In this document: positions 61,760 to 64,000 of the stretch, one piece after another
How the letters are laid out: each line of letters starts with the position of its first letter
Numbering within the stretch: the stretch's first letter is position 1
Source: Eukaryota sp. TZLM1-RC
Lineage: Eukaryota; Protista; Metamonada: BaSk clade
Direction of reading: 5' to 3'
DNA length: 64,000 bases
Assembly (NCBI GenBank): GCA_040285825.1
Contig: JAUPSS010000002.1
Span: 3,720,001 to 3,784,000 of the forward strand
The notes under the pieces: generated by a model
Seen by the model: the letters and a program-made list of their open reading frames with translations, nothing else
What the model was told of the DNA's origin: nothing
Databases searched by the model: none
Translations under genes and position numbers: made by a program

Positions 61760-62180
61760 ATACTTTGGTCCACAGAAGAAAACTTAATCCTGTGGCGGCT
61801 CTGGATTTTAAAGCAAAAGAGAAACATAGAAAATATGATAAAGATATTGAAGAGGCTAATGTCGATAGAAATACACAGCTGGTTTTTATTGCTTTCCCAT
61901 TTTCGATAAATGGAAGATTATCAGTTGAAGCAGAAACTTTTTTGAATGACTTCCAAAAAATGGTGCAAGAAAAAACAATGAGAAGATTTGATATTTTTTT
62001 ATGGCGTTCACGGATTCAATTTGCCATTATTAATAGATTACCACGGTTTTTCAATCGAATAAGAGAAGCTTTAGCTAGACAGCATGCAGATCAAGATTTT
62101 GTAGAGGAAATCTTGGTTCAATGATAGTCGTCCCATTAGTTATGAGTTAATTTAATTAAGTGTGCAAATTCAATAAATAC
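61760..62180 (+). mobile_element. 5'-truncated family C copy
   Basis: Ends DFVEEILVQ*. Possible 10-bp TSD TTTACTTAAA at 61748-61757 and 62186-62195. Confidence 0.88.
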
Positions 62181-62289
62181 ATATCTTTACTTAAATGTGA
62201 CAAGGTATAACTTTTTCATGTGCTACAATTGCTCTGCAGTTTGACGAGCATTAAAATCCAAGTCTTCAAACAATTCTTTTATCTACAAT

Positions 62290-62888
62290 TTCATTTATTC
62301 CACCGAGAAACTAAACACAAAAATTAAAGTTCTGAATCTTCATATCCAAAATCAGCCAACAAAAAATGAGTGGAAGTTTTTCCTTCATAAAAGCGACCAA
62401 GAGATAATAAACCAGAAGACAATAACGGGACAACACCTTTAACAATTTGAAAATACAATTCTGTTCTGCCAAAACGTTTTCAAAAATTCTTCCTGTACGT
62501 TGCTTTACAATTTCAACAAAATCATCCAAGAACGATAAAGCAAGTAGTCCAAGCGTACCGTGTAGGGAAAAAGCAAATGAACAAAGGACACAATGAGTAT
62601 TCAAGGATAGCAATTTTGTTTAATATTTATCAGTTTTAGGTATTTCGGCAACAGACAGCGGATTCTTGTGTTTTGACTGAGCTAATGGTAAAACAGAATT
62701 ATTACATACATCAGTGGATCTCACATCAGTAATGATAGTCGTTCCTTCACGGCCTCCAAGCATGAAATCACCTCTATTTCGACCAAAAGAATTCAAAATA
62801 TTTTCATCAACCAAAAGAGAGAGTAAAGGTTGTCAGTAGAATAAAATTGTGTGTGACTTTGACATACAATAGAGTTGATCCTTACTGC
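62290..62888 (-). mobile_element. 5'-truncated or internally deleted family D copy
   Basis: ORFs 62814-62620 and 62613-62311; same 5' junction as 55495-56077. Confidence 0.85.
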
Positions 62889-63115
62889 ACTGATGCTGGA
62901 TAATTATTTCTATCGGCCAGGGTTGAAATTAATTAAGAAATCTTGATTTTGACATACAATAGTCTAACAATGCTTTAAGGATTTTCCGTTCCCGTTCACA
63001 TTCAAAAATATAACGATATCTGCAAAATTTATAGAAAAAGACCAAAAGATGGTGAAAACAGAAAAAAACAAAATAATGCTACATTAACCCTAAAAGAATA
63101 AAAAATTAAATTTTA

Positions 63116-63988
63116 TTAATTATCCCTTCCAGAAGCAAACACTATGGAATTTGCTAGCAATAAATGACCATCTGTGGAGCTCTTCCATCCAGATCCACTG
63201 ACGCTATCAGCACTGAAACCATCTGAAGCAAAATCCACCACTCTACTTTTGTTATATTCACTCTTCAACACCAAAGGATCTCCATTTTTCAAGGTAGCAA
63301 CTGTTTGAAATTCAGGGTTGATGGAACTGTATTTTGCACCACGATAACAGGAAAAAGAGTTTACTGATTGCATAATTGAATCATTCTGGTTTGAGTTACC
63401 AAGTTCAATGAAAGAGCCAAATGAATTAGTACCACTCAAACCCTTGAATGCTCCATATCTAAAATCACCTTTGATTATACTTCCATTACAACTAAACAGA
63501 ATCAAACCTTTGCCAGCTTCTACTACTTGTTCAAGGAGTCTGGGTTGGATAGGTAAGGCAAATGTACTGTACAATACAACATCAAAATTATCAATGTCAG
63601 TAAAATCTGGTTTATTGGTGGGGATAATTTGTACCTCAAGATGAGGCCAATTTTGAGTGAACCCTTTTTGAATATTTTGAGTGATATTATTATGCCAGTT
63701 TGAATATGCCCACAAACAAACCCTAATTAATCGGCTTGGTAAATCTTCAAATAAAACATTTCTGCCAAATAATTTTGTCGTAATAGTTTCTAATTCAGTT
63801 GAATTAGAATTAAGAGACTTTTTCAGCACACTTTTCAACCAAATTTCCTTATTTTCATTCATGAATTCCTGTTGTGTTAACCCAAATAAAAGATTTTTGG
63901 GAATAACAGAAACCTTAGGTTTGGAATTGAAGCTAAAAAATGAAATTACGTAATTGAAAAGAGAAATGTTGTTGTATTTGATTGACAT
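63116..63988 (-). CDS. Hypothetical protein, possibly 5'-partial; C-terminal alpha/beta domain weakly resembling class I glutamine-amidotransferase-like folds
   Basis: 290-aa ORF whose frame stays open to the window edge. FDVVLYS..VEAGKGLILF..RVVDF..LLANSI pattern. Confidence 0.55.
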   Translation of the reverse strand: MSIKYNNISLFNYVISFFSFNSKPKVSVIPKNLLFGLTQQEFMNENKEIWLKSVLKKSLNSNSTELETITTKLFGRNVLFEDLPSRLIRVCLWAYSNWHNNITQNIQKGFTQNWPHLEVQIIPTNKPDFTDIDNFDVVLYSTFALPIQPRLLEQVVEAGKGLILFSCNGSIIKGDFRYGAFKGLSGTNSFGSFIELGNSNQNDSIMQSVNSFSCYRGAKYSSINPEFQTVATLKNGDPLVLKSEYNKSRVVDFASDGFSADSVSGSGWKSSTDGHLLLANSIVFASGRDN

Positions 63989-64000
63989 AATGATGAGTCG

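Overview
AT-rich eukaryotic DNA with the standard genetic code, most likely from a flagellated anaerobic or microaerophilic protist. A metamonad-like host is an inference from the tiny introns, ZMYND12, a stand-alone transhydrogenase alpha subunit and bacterial-type enzymes. Compact islands of host genes are present: Ubc12, a PQ-loop transporter, Rab2, ZMYND12, NAD(P) transhydrogenase alpha, Josephin, GSKIP-like, RPE, an Arf-like GTPase, SIZ/PIAS, TAPT1, a giant Hsp70-NBD/SEL1 protein, DUS3, PAQR and a secreted beta-lactamase-fold hydrolase. Several carry 28-34 nt GT-AG introns that the ORF track misses. Roughly a third of the window (about 24 kb by hand tally) is CRE-clade-like non-LTR retrotransposons (RT plus C-terminal restriction-like endonuclease) from at least five families, labelled A1, A2, B, C and D here. 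Two copies are full length with TSDs; the rest are 5'-truncated, nested or stacked. The window also holds the 3' end of a chromodomain Ty3/Gypsy element and decayed RCC1/LRR gene copies. The standout is a degraded but end-to-end recognisable Fanzor (eukaryotic TnpB-like RNA-guided nuclease) gene at about 14241-16161 (-). It keeps all three RuvC catalytic residues and has hairpins in the 3' flank where an omegaRNA is expected. All calls come from reading motifs by eye; no database searches were run.
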